Translations under genes and position numbers: made by a program | Notes under the pieces: generated by a model | Seen by the model: only the letters and a program-made list of their open reading frames with translations | The model's database searches: none | Told to the model about the DNA's origin: nothing | NCBI GenBank assembly: GCA_964016885.1 | Contig: OZ024756.1 | Coordinates: forward strand, 11,532,001-11,596,000 | From: Eledone cirrhosa | Taxonomy: Eukaryota | Direction: 5' to 3' | Length of the DNA stretch: 64,000 nt | Part shown: in pieces, positions 25,780 through 40,190 of the stretch | Position numbering within the stretch: the stretch's first letter is position 1 | How the letters are laid out: every line of letters starts with the position of its first letter

Positions 25780-25995
25780 TGGAAGTGAAGGCGTGTGGCT
25801 GAGTGGTTAGGGAACTGGATTCACAATCATGAGGTTGTCAGTTCGATTCCAGGACCGGGCGATGTTATATCCTTGAGCAAGACACTTTATTTCACGTTGC
25901 TGGAGTTGCGACCGACCGATAGATAGAATTAGCAATTGGAAAGACCGATGAAAACATTGTTTCCTTGGTCCGATTTGACGAAAGTCGATCGACTT
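25780..25995 (+). mobile_element. tRNA-derived SINE variant (V-like domain, different body)
   Basis: Head ggcgtgtggctgagtggttag..gttcgattcc, then ccttgagcaagacactt; body shared with 3290-3455. Confidence 0.75.
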
Positions 25996-26193
25996 CCATA
26001 TATGAGAAAGAGAAATGTAAAATTCTGACCATGGTGGCAAGCAGTTTCAGCTTGTGTGTCCAGCAAACCTTTTCACGGGTGTAGTAATACTTGTAGGGTG
26101 TGAGAAAATAGGTTGCTGGTCTGGATCTTACATATTTCTATACTCACTCTGCAACTCCTCATGCTTTGAGTACTCCCATGATTAGTGCTCTCT

Positions 26194-26444
26194 GGAGGCA
26201 CATGGCTTAGTGGTTAGAGCATTGGCCTTGTAATCGAGAGGTTGTGAGTTCAATTCTCGGACCGGGTGATGTGTTGTTTCCTTGAGCAAGACACTTTATT
26301 TCACATTGCTTCAGTTTACTTAGCTGTAGAATCAGTTCCCGTATGAGCAAGACAAGGTCAGCCGACCGGACATTGCCCACAACAGGACAACTCGTCTAAC
26401 CCATGCTAGCGTGGAAGAACGGACGTAAAACAGAGATGATGATG

Positions 26445-26447
<3 letters not shown>
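26194..26447 (+). mobile_element. SINE family 2 with internal deletion
   Basis: Head, V-like motif and RTE-type tail; Meta-like segment missing. Confidence 0.8.
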
Positions 26448-26479
<32 letters not shown>

Positions 26480-27433
26480 CGTGTGTGTGTGTGTGTGTGT
26501 GTATGTATATATGTAATAAGCCTTTACTAGCAGGAAAAGCGGATCTAAAATGATGTCTATTTTAATTTGACAGTTGAAACTATTAATGTTGTTTTGATTG
26601 AAAAATAGTCTAGGTTGGGCAGATAAACCCTGGAAAGAGAAAATAATTTGTACAGCACCACCTGTGGGTCCCACAGGTGATTACAGGTGTACAAAATGTT
26701 TTCGTCTCCAGGCTTCCCATTATTTAGATGATGTTTAGAACATAATTTGACCTTTTGTTGCCATATTTCTAATAATATACTCAACCGGCATTTCAGATTA
26801 TTTAAAAAATAATCAAAAATTTGGAGAGATTTAGTAATATAATCAACTTTCTCATTAAGATGATGTTTAGAATATAATTTAAAGGTTCTTACATAAAATT
26901 ATGATGGAAGATTTTTCAAGAAATATAAACACTTTAAAATAAAAGAGTTTTGTATGATAGAACCCAGGATTTCAGGCAGTTTGGTATTAAAGGGTTAAAT
27001 CTCATTCTTTCACTGTGGTTGTCTATTCTTGTCAGAAGAGTTTCTATTCCAGTAGTCTTCTAGTTTAATGTCTGTCTTACAGAATTCTCTTCATATTTCC
27101 CTGGTGGCTATTTTCTTAAATTTTGAAAATCTGCTGAGCATTCTCTTATTTCAAGGGCAGCAGCATTACATTAGCACCCCCTCTCTAATCTTATATTTTT
27201 ATAACTCCCTAAAAATGAAGTGGTTGCTTAGGGGCTGTCATATTACTAGTTAACTGCCACCATATTATAAGGGGGCTGCCTGTAAAAGAGAAAATAAAAC
27301 CCATAAGTTGATGTAAGATAAATATTACTGCAGGTGTAATTTCCGAGAAATTGAAGTATGTTTAGCTCAGCGATAAAATAGTTGGAGTGGCACTGAAGTG
27401 AATAGCCATGAGCTGAGCTGGTGATTTGATTCT

Positions 27434-27822
27434 AGATGGTTCTAGTTACCATTTCTGGACATTGTATGACGGTAGAATGATGAAGTTTATTTCTCAGTCA
27501 AGATGGTTCTAGTTACCATTTCTGGACATTGTATGACGGTAGAATGATGAAGAAGCTTATTTCTCAGTCAAGATGGTTCTAGTTACCATTTCTGGACATT
27601 GTATGACGGTAGAATGATGAAGAAGCTTATTTCTCAGTCAAGATGGTTCTAGTTACCATTTCTGGACATTGTATGACGGTAGAATGATGAAGAAGCTTAT
27701 TTCTCAGTCAAGATGGTTCTAGTTACCATTTCTGGGGACATTGTATGACGGTAGAATGGTGAAGAAGTTTATTTCTTAGTCTAGATGGTTCTAGTTACCA
27801 TTTCTGGACATTGTATGACGGT
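27434..27822. repeat. 60-bp tandem array (about 6.5 copies)
   Basis: agatggttctagttaccatttctggacattgtatgacggtagaatgatgaagaagcttatttctcagtca-type units. Confidence 0.85.
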
Positions 27823-28320
27823 TTATTTCAGTCATTAATTAGATCCTAGGTTGAATTCCACTGAATGACATCTTGGACAAGTGTCATTTACCACAACCAT
27901 AGGTTGATCCATTCATTGTTAGTGAAATTTGGTAGACAGAAACTGTTTAGAAGCCTGTTGGGTGGACTGTATCTGTAATTCTAATGACCTGCATTGTCAC
28001 ACAGTGTCGTTTGAATCTCCCTGAGAATTATGTTAAGGGAGCATGTGAAGGAAAGAAGAGGATGGTGGCAGTGACAGAGGTGGTGAGGATGGTGTGGTAA
28101 GAGGGGTGGTGAGGTTGGGGGTGTGGTAGTGGCAGGGGTGGTGGGGATGGTGGTGTGGTACTGCCAAACAGTTTTGTTGCTGTTATTAAATTTAGTCGGC
28201 AATTTATCACATCTCAATAAAACTGATGTTCTTGGAAATGTCTTTTCACGGCTGTGTGTGTGTGTATATATATATGTATCTATATATGTATCTATATATG
28301 TATATATGTATATGTGTGTG

Positions 28321-28381
<61 letters not shown>

Positions 28382-28880
28382 GTATGTATCTGTGTGTATC
28401 TATATATGTATATATGTGTATCTATATGTGTGTGTATATATATGTGTATATGTATTTGTGTGTGTGTGTGTATACATATGTGTGTATGTATATATATATA
28501 TGCATGTGGGTGTGTGTGTATATATATATATGCACGTATGTGTACATATATATATATATATGCACGTATGTGTACATACATATATATATGCACGTATGTG
28601 TACATATATATATATATATACATGTGTGTGTACATATATATATGCACGTGTGTATGTATGTATATATATGTGTGTATATATATATATGCACGTATGTGTA
28701 CATATATATATATATATATATGCACGTATGTGTACATACATATATATATGCACGTATGTGTACATACATATATATGCACGTATGTGTACATATATATATA
28801 TATATATACATGTGTGTGTACATATATATATGCACGTGTGTATGTATATATATATATATGCACGTGTGTATGTATATATA

Positions 28881-28927
<47 letters not shown>

Positions 28928-28998
28928 ACATATATATATATATATGTATGTGTACATATATATATATATATGCATGTATATGTGTACATATATATAAA

Positions 28999-29032
<34 letters not shown>

Positions 29033-29699
29033 CATGTGTGTGTGTATATATATATATATATATACACACATATATGTGTGTGTGTGTCTGTGTCTGTGTG
29101 TGTGTGTGTGTGTATCATGATGTGTAATTTTATGGTAGAATTACTTTCAATATTGTTGAATGAAATTCACTCAACTGGAAGATAACAAATCTAGTCATTT
29201 CTATCTTATCCACCATTATCTTTTCTTTCATTTGCAGAAACATCACATATTCTGTTACTGTTTACAGTCATTAGACTGTGGCCATGCTGGGACTTCCTCT
29301 TGATTTAGTTGATTATATCCACCCTAATGCTTCTTGTTTTTTTCATGCTTGGTACTTATTTTATCAATCTCTTTTTAGTGTCCAGCTGGTTAGGATGTTG
29401 GACTCATGATAAGATTTTGGGTTTGAGTCCTTCGCAGGGAAATGCTTTGTGTTTTTGAGCAAAATCCTTTATTTCATGTTGCTCATTCTTAACCCTGATC
29501 CTAATCTTTAAAAAAATATCTGCAATGCTAACCTTTAATCCTAAGCCATGCAATCATTTTTCTAAATTTTACATAATTTTTTAACTAACATACATGCACA
29601 GACATACGTGATAGGCTTTTACACATTTTCTGTCTACTAAATTTCATTGACATGGCATTGGTTAACCCAAGACTATATTAGTAAGAAGGAACTTGGCCA

Positions 29700-29940
29700 G
29701 TTTGAACTTCCTAAAGGCAATCACAATTTCTATTCGGATAGTTTCTTCTCTTCAACATTTTGCCTATGGAATTCTCTTCTATCTGGCTTTCCTGACCTCT
29801 ATGATTTACAAAAATTCAAAAGCAAAATCACCATCACCGTTTAATGTCCTCTTTTCCCGCTAGCAAGGGTTGGAGGGGGGGGGGGGTCTCCATAGACCAA
29901 GTCAGTACTGAAGCAGGGCTACATCAACAACAACAAGAAA
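29700..29940 (+). pseudogene. Decayed 3' end of a Jockey/CR1-group LINE
   Basis: Translation FYSDSFFSSTFCLWNSLLSGFPDLYDLQKFKSKI resembles the SFF..T..LWNSLP...F...FK C-terminal motif of these ORF2s. Confidence 0.5.
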
Positions 29941-30369
29941 CATGCAGCAGTATTGAGACTCACTCAGATCACATGACTGTAAAACAAGCAATTTAAACCA
30001 CATAGCATCATTTGGTCATCCCAAGTCTGTTATAGACTGTTGACCATTGTACCACCACACACTGTGGGAGTCAAACCCAGAAGCACATCATTACAAAGTT
30101 GACATCTTAACCACACAGCCATAACTGCAGGCAACCTACTTAAAAAAATAATAATGAAAATAATAGTAAAAAAGATCTTCCTCTAATGTAGGCTTCCATT
30201 TTATACAATTATAATTTGTTTGGCATTAAAGCTCCATCAATAATTACCATCATTTTTTTTTCTTCTCTGTTATTTTATTATAACTTATTTTATTCCACAA
30301 AATAAGTTATAAAGTAGCTTTGTTAACGAAATGAGAATTTCGGTCTCCATATAGATTTAGTTTACTGTT

Positions 30370-30400
<31 letters not shown>

Positions 30401-30789
30401 GTTCTTTGTCCTTTGATCATCACACCAGCAATCTAAAACGAAAGCTCCTCTCTTTAATTAAAGAAAGGGAAATTTATGGTCTAAAGTCACACCATTTGCT
30501 AGGCATAGAATCTATTAAATCTCGTCAGTTGTTACACTGTAGCACACACATACATACATACACACAAACCAGTGTACAAGCATGCACACATGGAGACACA
30601 TAAGCATACACACAGGTGCATGCATACACTCACACTTGCACACGCACACGCACACGCACACGCACACGCACACGCACGCACACACATACACACAAGCAGA
30701 GAGAGAGAGCACATCCTTTAAAATTAGACTTAGGAAGAAAGGCTTTTCATTATATCTGACTGCATAATAAGAACGGTTTCTGAGCTCCT

Positions 30790-31025
30790 CTTTGACTCCC
30801 ATGAGGAATGGCAGGGGTAGACACCCATCTTTACCCAACTCCCATTGGGGGTGGGGTTGGGGGTCTGATACCCATCTTTACCCGACTCCCATGAGGAATG
30901 GGCAGGGGTAGACACCCATCTTTACCCAACTCCCATTGGGGGTGGGGGTGGGGATCTGATACCCATCTTTACCCGACTCCCATGAGGGATGGGTGGGGGT
31001 CTGATACCCATCTTTACCCAAATCC
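30790..31025. repeat. Short compound tandem repeat (cccatctttacccNactcccat units)
   Basis: About 5 units of about 45 bp alternating two variants. Confidence 0.8.
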
Positions 31026-31120
31026 CAACCTTTTCCCGTTCAGTAGGTTTCTATGCCCCGTTGTGAGACTATGTCACAGTGTAGCTTGCCACCTTCCAAA
31101 CATACTTCCTTATATACATA

Positions 31121-31187
<67 letters not shown>

Positions 31188-31378
31188 TTTCGAGGTTTTT
31201 TATATGAAATCGTGTGTCGAAACAAAATATTGTTATATGTTATACTTGAGGACCGAATAAATTAGATTACCGATATAAAAGACACAGAAGCGAAAAGCGA
31301 AAACCAACCAAACAGTGAGTGTGTTCTGTTATTAATTCTGGCAATATTACACAAATATGACCCTCCCCAAGTATAACA

Positions 31379-31418
<40 letters not shown>

Positions 31419-31420
31419 AT

Positions 31421-31663
31421 GCTATCGCCGTATTTTGAGTAAAGAAATTAAAGAAATTATTTAGCCTGATAGTGGGGTTAAGAACTCTCGGAGAAATGGA
31501 AAAAAATGAGTATTGACGTACAATACTCATCTTTTTCCATTTCTCCGAGGGTTCTTAACACCACTTTCAGGCTAAATAATTTCTTTAATTTCTTAGTCAA
31601 AATACGGTGATAGCTTACATTTCTAATAATTTCAAACCCACTCGCTGTTTCGAAAATATTCTT

Positions 31664-31665
<2 letters not shown>
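31421..31665 (+). mobile_element. Fold-back mini-element (about 95-bp arms + tail), no HHR recognised
   Basis: 31421-31515 inverted to 31521-31614; diverged relative at about 48670-48785; (TA)n flanks. Confidence 0.7.
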
Positions 31666-31711
<46 letters not shown>

Positions 31712-31714
31712 GTA

Positions 31715-31774
<60 letters not shown>

Positions 31775-31803
31775 GTATCTATATATATATATATATATAT
31801 ATA

Positions 31804-31990
31804 TAATTGTTTCTACTTTAGGCACAAGGCCAGCCATCACCAGTTCATTACTGGTACTTTATTTTATCGACCCCGTAAGGATGAAAGGCAAAGTCAACCT
31901 CGGCGGGATTTGAACTCAGATCGTAAAGGGACGTAACTATGCTGGAAAGCATGGCGTCCGACCCTCTACCGATACTGCCAATCCACGGCC
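31804..31990 (-). mobile_element. SINE family 1
   Basis: Full-length match. Confidence 0.85.
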
Positions 31991-32124
31991 ATATATATAT
32001 ATATAATGTATCTATATATATATATATAGTACAATGACAGGCCTCAGCCTTTTATGCCTCGGAGTTTAACCTCTCCGTATAATTTAGTATTTTTATTGTG
32101 ACCAAAAGAAAAAAGAAACGGAAA

Positions 32125-32540
32125 ATTCTGACGACAGAATTCCAAAAGTCCTCATGTATGGTCAGCTTAGCAGCAGCATCAGGAAAGTTGGTAGACCATG
32201 GCTACGATATAAGGATAAATTGAAATCAAATCTCACTGCTTTTGGAATCCCTTTCCATGATTGCAAACAAATTGCTGCTGACAGAAAGGACTGGAGAGAA
32301 AGGTGCGATAGTGCAATGAAGAGCTTGGAATCCAGTCGCAACACATTGTGTGTTGACCAAACAGGGACGAAGTAACGGGCCTCGATACCTGCAAGACTCT
32401 CCATAAACTCTTGCTCTTGCGACTTGGTCTGTGGGTCACTGGCCGGATTGAACTGGCACAAGAGACACCGCCGTCCAGAGAGTTGAAATTTTGTTGGACA
32501 GTCGTACGTCAGATATTGATGGGAAAGTCCATCATCATAT
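32125..32540 (+). pseudogene. 3' fragment of RTE (BovB-like) LINE ORF
   Basis: DDRIPKVLMYGQLSSSIRKVGRPWLRYKDKLK..DRKDW; ends in catcatcat. Confidence 0.75.
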
Positions 32541-32667
32541 CTATACTATGTGATTCAGTGAATCACTGCTATTGGTACCAAAACAAGCACTCTATACGCA
32601 GGCAGTGTGCATATATTAATAAAAATGAAATTTCATTTACATGAATTTAGTTTATTTTTGTTTAACG

Positions 32668-32759
32668 ACCTGTTATGCACATTTCACCGAGAATTGGCTC
32701 AAGGCCACCCATAGATGTTACGGGCCCGACTCCATTATAAATCTGTTCTTCAGACTGGT
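32668..32759 (-). ncRNA. Type I hammerhead ribozyme with long stem II
   Basis: ACCAGT-CTGAAGA-ACAGA...TCGGT-GAAA-TGTGCA-TA-ACAGGT. Confidence 0.65.
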
Positions 32760-32802
32760 GATCTGATAAAAAATATAGAGTGTGTTGTGATTTGTGAGAT
32801 GA

Positions 32803-32868
<66 letters not shown>

Positions 32869-32954
32869 ATATATATCTATATCGGCCCTGCTTTTTGTGT
32901 GTATGTGGACAGGGTTACATGGCACACACACTCACACACACACACACACATATA

Positions 32955-33245
32955 TAAGAGGGATAAGCTGTGGTGTGCAGGAGAGAAGGCTGAGATGGTA
33001 TGGACATGTGATGCGCATGGAGGACGACCGCTGGGTGGAGAAGTGCCAGGAAGTCCCAGTGGAGGGAAGACACAGTAGAGGTAGACCACGAAAAACATGG
33101 GCGGAGGTGGTGAGAGCAGACCTCAGATCGCTGAAACTCACGGAGGAGATGACGAAGGGCCGTGACGGGTGGAGAGATGCTGTGCTGAATAAGACCCATC
33201 CAACCCTTGCAAGCAGGGAAAAGCGGACGTAAAATGATGATGATT
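32955..33245 (+). pseudogene. 3' end of RTE LINE
   Basis: [37 protein letters not shown], homologous to the end of the 43253 ORF; (TGA)n tail. Confidence 0.88.
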
Positions 33246-33369
33246 ATATGTATGTATGTATGTATGTATGTAAACAGAAATAACAACACAATTAGTACAG
33301 TATATGGAAGGTATATATATTAGGTTAACGCTTGATATAGCAGGAAGAGGGTCTTAACATTTCGGACGC

Positions 33370-33415
<46 letters not shown>

Positions 33416-33636
33416 ATATTCAAATGCGTGTATGAAATGATTCATATATGACATTCTCTTACCATGTGACCACTTCAACTTTTCTTTTGCAGACATTTAT
33501 CTAGAACTGTATTATATAATATTGACAATAGGAAGATTTGGAAGAAATTTGGCTGCTATTTTTATCAGTTTGAGAATGTTAAGCTTTTGCTTCTATTTTA
33601 TACAGATGTTAATTGTTAAGACTTTTTCTTGATATA

Positions 33637-34906
33637 TTAACCCTTTAGCATTTAAACCGGCCGTATCTGGTCAGTGTTCTCTCACCTCTTTCTATTCAAA
33701 CCGGCTGTAACTAGCTGCTCATACTGATTTTAAGGTATTGTTCTCAAAATAATATTAAAATCTCGTTGATTTGATATTATGTGAGATAAAGTGTTTACAT
33801 TGAAAATACTATAGTAAATGTAGAATAATGTAAATGCTATGTGAGATATTATGTGAGGTAAAGCCTTTACTGTGAAAATACAATAGTATAGAGTAATGTA
33901 AATGTTATGTGAGGTAAAGCCTTTATTGTGAAACTACAATAGTAAATATAGAGTAATCTAAATGTTATGTGAGGTATTATGTGAGGTAAAGCATTTACTG
34001 TGAAAATACAATAGTATATATAGAGTAATGTAAATGGTATGTGAGATATTATGTGAGGTAAAGCCTTTACTGTGAAAATACAATAGTATATATATAGAGT
34101 AATGGAGTGAGATATTATGTGAGGTAAGGCCTTTACTATGAAAATACAATAGTAAATATAGAGTAATGTAAATGTTATGTGAGATATTATGTGAGGTAAA
34201 GCCTTTACTGTGAAAATATAATAGTAAATATAGAGTAATGGAAATGTTATGTGAGATATTATGTGAGGTAAAGCCTTTACTGTGAAAATATAATAGTAAA
34301 TATAGAGTAATGGAAATGTTATGTGAGATATTATGTGAGGTAAAGCCTTTACTGTGAAAATATAATAGTAAATATAGAGTAATGTAAATGTTATGTGAGA
34401 TATTATGTGAGGTAAAGCCTTTACTGTGAAAATATAATAGTATATATAGAGTAATGTAAATGTTATGTGAGATATTATGTGAGGTAAAGCCTTTACTGTG
34501 AAAATATAATAGTAAATATAGAGTAATGGAAATGTTATGTGAGATATTATGTGAGGTAAAGCCTTTACTGTGAAAATATAATAGTAAATATAGAGTAATG
34601 GAAATGTTATGTGAGATATTATGTGAGGTAAAGCCTTTACTGTGAAAATATAATAGTATATATAGAGTAATGTAAATGTTATGTGAGATATTATGTGAGG
34701 TAAAGCCTTTACTGTGAAAATATAATAGTAAATATAGAGTAATGGAAATGTTATGTGAGATATTATGTGAGGTAAAGCCTTTACTGTGAAAATATAATAG
34801 TAAATATAGAGTAATGGAAATGTTATGTGAGATATTATGTGAGGTAAAGCCTTTACTGTGAAAATATAATAGTAAATATAGAGTAATGGAAATGCTAAAG
34901 GGTTAA
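33637..34906. mobile_element. piggyBac-type MITE with internal 72-bp tandem expansion (about 15 copies)
   Basis: TTAA-CCCTTTAGCATTT and AAATGCTAAAGGG-TTAA termini; the unit equals the MITE's subterminal segment. Confidence 0.88.
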
Positions 34907-35178
34907 AAAAACTCAAACCAACAAATGAATTTTGTAGGTAGGGTAGATAGAATTTAGCTTCTTCTTAATTTGACAAAGGAAGTTTGGCAGTTTGTCAATT
35001 CCACTTTGTACAAAGACAAAGATGGTTTCGCAATTCTTCAGTTCCAATTTAAATGAGGCAATGTTTGACACATTTGTCATTTTACTATCAAACCAGTTGC
35101 TGAGTTTTAATCATATCAGACAGATGTAGACATAGCTGCGTTAGATTTTACTTTCACTTATATATATATATATATATA

Positions 35179-35225
<47 letters not shown>

Positions 35226-35744
35226 ATACATATATGTATATGTGTATATATATATATATGTGTGTGTGTATACATATATATGTGTGTGTATACATATATA
35301 TGTGTGTGTGTATACATATATATGTGTGTGTGTATACATATATATGTGTGTGTATACATATATATATGTGTGTATACATATATATATATATGTGTGTGTA
35401 TACATATATATGTGTATACATATATATGTGTGTGTGTGTATACATATATATGTATGTGTGTATACATATATATGTATGTGTATACATATGTATGTGAATA
35501 CATATATATATATATATGTGTGTATACATATACATGTAAATACATATATATGTAAATACATATATATGTGTATACATATATATTATATATGTATACATAT
35601 ATATGTGTGTATACATATATGTGTGTGTGTATATATGTGTGTGTATACATATATATGTATGTGTATACATATTTATATGTGTGTGTATACATATGTGTGT
35701 GCATATATTTATATGTGTATACATATGTGTATATATATATATAT

Positions 35745-36081
35745 CATCATCATCCTCATTTTACGTCCGCTTTTCCCTGCTTGCAAGGGTGGGACGGGAA
35801 CTGATTCTGGCTTGATTTCTACAGCTGGATGCCCTTCCTAACACCAACCTCATTTACAGTGAGTGCTGGGTGCTTTTTTGCCATGGCACCTCCACGACCA
35901 CTTTGCAGTGGAATGATAGGGACCCCAGTCCCTATCATCTCATTTCTACAGCTGCGTAAACTGGAGCAATGTGAAATAAAGTGTCTTGCTCAAGGAAACA
36001 ACACATCACCTGGGCTGAGAATTGAACTCACAGCCTTTCGATTGCAAGGCCAATGCTCTAACCACTAAGCCATGTGCCTCC
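35745..36081 (-). mobile_element. SINE family 2, full length
   Basis: Reverse complement of the 22749-23074 type. Confidence 0.88.
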
Positions 36082-37294
36082 ATATATATATATGTGTATA
36101 TGGTGTGTATATGTTGTGTGTACATCAGATGAAGTTGATATAAATATAATTTTCCAACGTACATCACATAAGAAAGCATAGAAATTTACCAGTTTATGGT
36201 GTTGAGACGTCTGTTGTCAGAAATAATCTCCAAGAAGCTTCAACAGTTCTTCTGGGACAACATGCTAACCTAAACATTCTAATTATGACATTGCAATATA
36301 TTCTTATTGTAAAATATGGAATATGTTGCCACTGTAAACGTAATCGGTGTTAAGGGCACCCATCTGTAGAAAACCTGCCAGATATAATTCTACACAAGAG
36401 AGACACAGTCACCCGACCAATCTTGCCTCAAGTGGGACATTCTCGTCTAACCCATGCTAGTATGGAAGATGGATGTTAAATGATGATGATGATGATGATG
36501 ATGATAGTCTTCATTACTTTGTAATTTATAGTCTCGGTTAAGATATCAAAAGCAACGCAGTAAATTTGATTTGCTGTCCTACTTGTTTGCATTTTAATTA
36601 ACCCTTTTTTTAAAACCTTAGTCTGTCCTCCCCCTCTTCCTGTCTTTTGTTGCCGGATCCTTTCCTTTTTCTTCTTTTTTAGTTTCCTCTAATAGTGTTT
36701 TGTTTTTATTAGATACTACCCAATAATTTTTAGATGTCAAAAAAGTAAGACTGAAATACATATACATAGTCAAAGGCGATGACACATGATCCCCCTCCCC
36801 CCACATGGGTACAAGCCGAAGCTGAAGCATATAGACAATATGCCCCCACACCCTCCCACTGCAAAGTGGTCGTGGAGCTGCCACGGCAAAAAAAAGCACC
36901 CAGCACTCACTGTAAATGAGGTTGGTGTTAGGAAGGGCATCCAGCTGTAGAAATAAAGCCAGAATCAGTTCCCGTATGAGCAAGGCAAGGTCAGCCGACC
37001 AGACACTGCCCACAACAGGACAACCCGTCTAACCCATGCTAGCGTGGAAGAAGGTGATGATGATGAGTCCATGTATTTCAATTTATTTTGGAAATAATGG
37101 AGAATTTGGAGGAATTTAGTAATAGAATTACAGGAACAATTCATTCTTGCCAGCCCAGCTGAGTGTATTGGGGTAACTTGCTCAAAGACACAATGTGCTG
37201 CCCAGTCAGGGAATTGAACTGATGGCCATACGATTGTGAGACGAACACCCTAATCATTAAACCACACACCTTCACTAGGCAACTACTCTACTCA

Positions 37295-37840
37295 TTACCA
37301 CCACCATCACACCACCACACCATTACCACATCCACCACCATCACACCATTACCACCACCACCACCATCACACCACCACCACCATCACACCACCACACCAT
37401 TACCGCATCCACCACCATCACACCATTACCACCACCACAACCATCACACCACCACCACCATCACCATCACACCACCACCACCATCACCACACCACCACCA
37501 CCATCACCACCATCACCACCACACCACCACCATACCACCACCATCACACCACCACACCACCACCACCATCACACCACCACCATCACACCATTACCACCAC
37601 CACCACCATCACACCACCACCATCACACCACCATCACACCACCACACCACCATCACACCACCACCATCACACCATTACCACCACCACAACCATCACACCA
37701 CCACCACCACCACCACCATCACACCACCACACCACACCACCACACCACCACCACCACCATCACACCATTACCACCACCACAACCATCACACCACCATCAC
37801 ACCACCACCACCATCACCACCACACCACCACCACCACCAT
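37295..37840. repeat. (CCA)n/(CACCAT) low-complexity tract
   Basis: Direct; a similar tract at 56195-56472. Confidence 0.9.
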
Positions 37841-39021
37841 CCAAGCCATTAATGGCAACATGAACCAGCAAAAGAACCAAACTTCTATGAAGTTTCTCAC
37901 TGACACATCTTCAATAAGAACTGCCAAAATCTTTCTCAATAAATTCCTGATTGTTGTTTATTGTCATTGAAAATGAGTTCTACATATATTGTAAACCCTA
38001 AATCTTAGGGACAATATGCTTAAACTGAAAACAGAATGGTAATAGGAAGAATACAGATTCATTACCTACTTCTTGCTCTACAACTCTGCAAGACTAAATG
38101 GAAACTGAAGTTTATTGTGTTGAAGAGTTTTCCGATTTCCTGACCACAATAAATATTTTATTTTCTTTAGTTGACACACGAATGAAATTCCTTTATTTTG
38201 GAATTCCCATAACATTTATGATTTTATTCTGTGACTGCTTTTGATAAATCTGCAGCATTTCATCATTTTTGTATATAGTTGTATAATGTGTGGTTATAAT
38301 TATTTCTACATGCCTCATGCCTACAAAAGACTAAGGACTATGTACCCAGGGAACAGATTTATCACACATCTGCTTAACACTTTGAAACCTTTAACCCCAA
38401 CCCACCTTCCACTGACTCAGAATTCCACTCCTGACAATATGTGATTATATCCTGCCATTCCAGTATTCCATTCTGTCGTACACTTTACACAGCCTTCTCT
38501 ATGAATCAGCAATCATTTTATGGTAGTGGCTCCCATCTTTTGTACACCCATCCATGCCCCACTGCAACATCTCAAAAATTGCTATGTGTCCCCCCTCCCC
38601 ACAATATGAAAGCAATTTGAGTTTTCTCCTTAATTTTGTACAAATTGGCATATAGGTCATGACAGATGTACAATAACATGTGGAGGTGAGACATGAATTT
38701 CCAACAGTAATATGTAGCAAAGTTACCTTGGTGTAAAAGTAATAAGGTAAAACCTGAGGTTTGTTCTCATTAACATCATTTTCACCTTCCCCCTAAATAT
38801 TCAAATTGCCCCCCTGTAGGGCCTGCACTCAGCGTTAGGAATCATTGTTTTACGACATGTTTGTGGTATACTTGGTTCTACATGTCTTAGCTAAAATAGC
38901 AGCATACTGTATGACTGCCTACAAAGGACTAGCAATCTATCTAGGAATTAAACACATAATTCTATATTCCCGAGTCCAACACTTTAACCAGCCATGCTAC
39001 AAACTTTCAAAAGAGGAAATT

Positions 39022-40190
39022 ATCAGATCGGACCAAGGAAACAATGTTTCCATTAGTCTTTCTATTACTGGTTCTATCTGTTAGTCATAACTCCTGGCAG
39101 AAGTATGAAACCATCAAATCAGACCAAGGAAACAATTTTTCCATTAGTCTTTCTATTACTGGTTCTATCTGTTAGTCATAACTCCTGGCAGAAGTATGAA
39201 ACCATCAAATCAGACCAAGGAAACAATGTTTCCATTAGTCTTTCTATTACTGGTTCTATCTGTTAGTCATAACTCCTGGCAGAAGTATGAAACCATCAAA
39301 TCAGACCAAGGAAACAATGTTTCCATTAGTCTTTCTATTACTGGTTCTATCTGTTAGTCATAACTCCTGGCAGAAGTATGAAACCATCAAATCAGACCAA
39401 GGAAACAATGTTTCCATTAGTCTTTCTATTACTGGTTCTATCTGTTAGTCATAACTCCTGGCAGAAGTATGAAACCATCAAATCAGACCAAGGAAACAAT
39501 GTTTCCATTAGTCTTTCTATTACTGGTTCTATCTGTTAGTCATAACTCCTGGCAGAAGTATGAAACCATCAAATCAGACCAAGGAAACAATGTTTCCATT
39601 AGTCTTTCTATTACTGGTTCTATCTGTTAGTCATAACTCCTGGCAGAAGTATGAAACCATCAAATCAGACCAAGGAAACAATGTTTCCATTAGTCTTTCT
39701 ATTACTGGTTCTATCTGTTAGTCATAACTCCTGGCAGAAGTATGAAACCATCAAATCAGACCAAGGAAACAATGTTTCCATTAGTCTTTCTATTACTGGT
39801 TCTATCTGTTAGTCATAACTCCTGGCAGAAGTATGAAACCATCAAATCAGACCAAGGAAACAATGTTTCCATTAGTCTTTCTATTACTGGTTCTATCTGT
39901 TAGTCATAACTCCTGGCAGAAGTATGAAACCATCAAATCAGACCAAGGAAACAATGTTTCCATTAGTCTTTCTATTGCTGATTCTATCTGTTAGTCATAA
40001 CTCCTGGCAGAAGAATGAAACCATCAAATCAGACCAAGGAAACAATGTTTCCATTAGTCTTTCTATTGCTGATTCTATCTGTTAGTCATAACTCCTGGCA
40101 GAAGTATGAAACCAATCATCAAATCAGACCAAGGAAACAATGTTTCCATTAGTCTTTCTATTGCTGATTCTATCTGGTCACAACTCCTGG
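39022..40190 (-). repeat. 91-bp tandem array (about 13 copies) derived from a SINE body
   Basis: The unit's reverse complement resembles 25900-25980 and 3361-3435 (gatagaa..agcaa..gaaagac.gatggaaaca..gtttcct.ggt.cgatttga). Confidence 0.85.

Noticed and set aside
33867-34916. 349-aa repeat protein
   Set aside because: It is the 72-bp satellite inside a MITE; the frame is open only because the unit is a multiple of 3.
35022-35045. CTGAAGA..GAAA on the minus strand
   Set aside because: Only 5 unpaired nt between the cores, and no stems.
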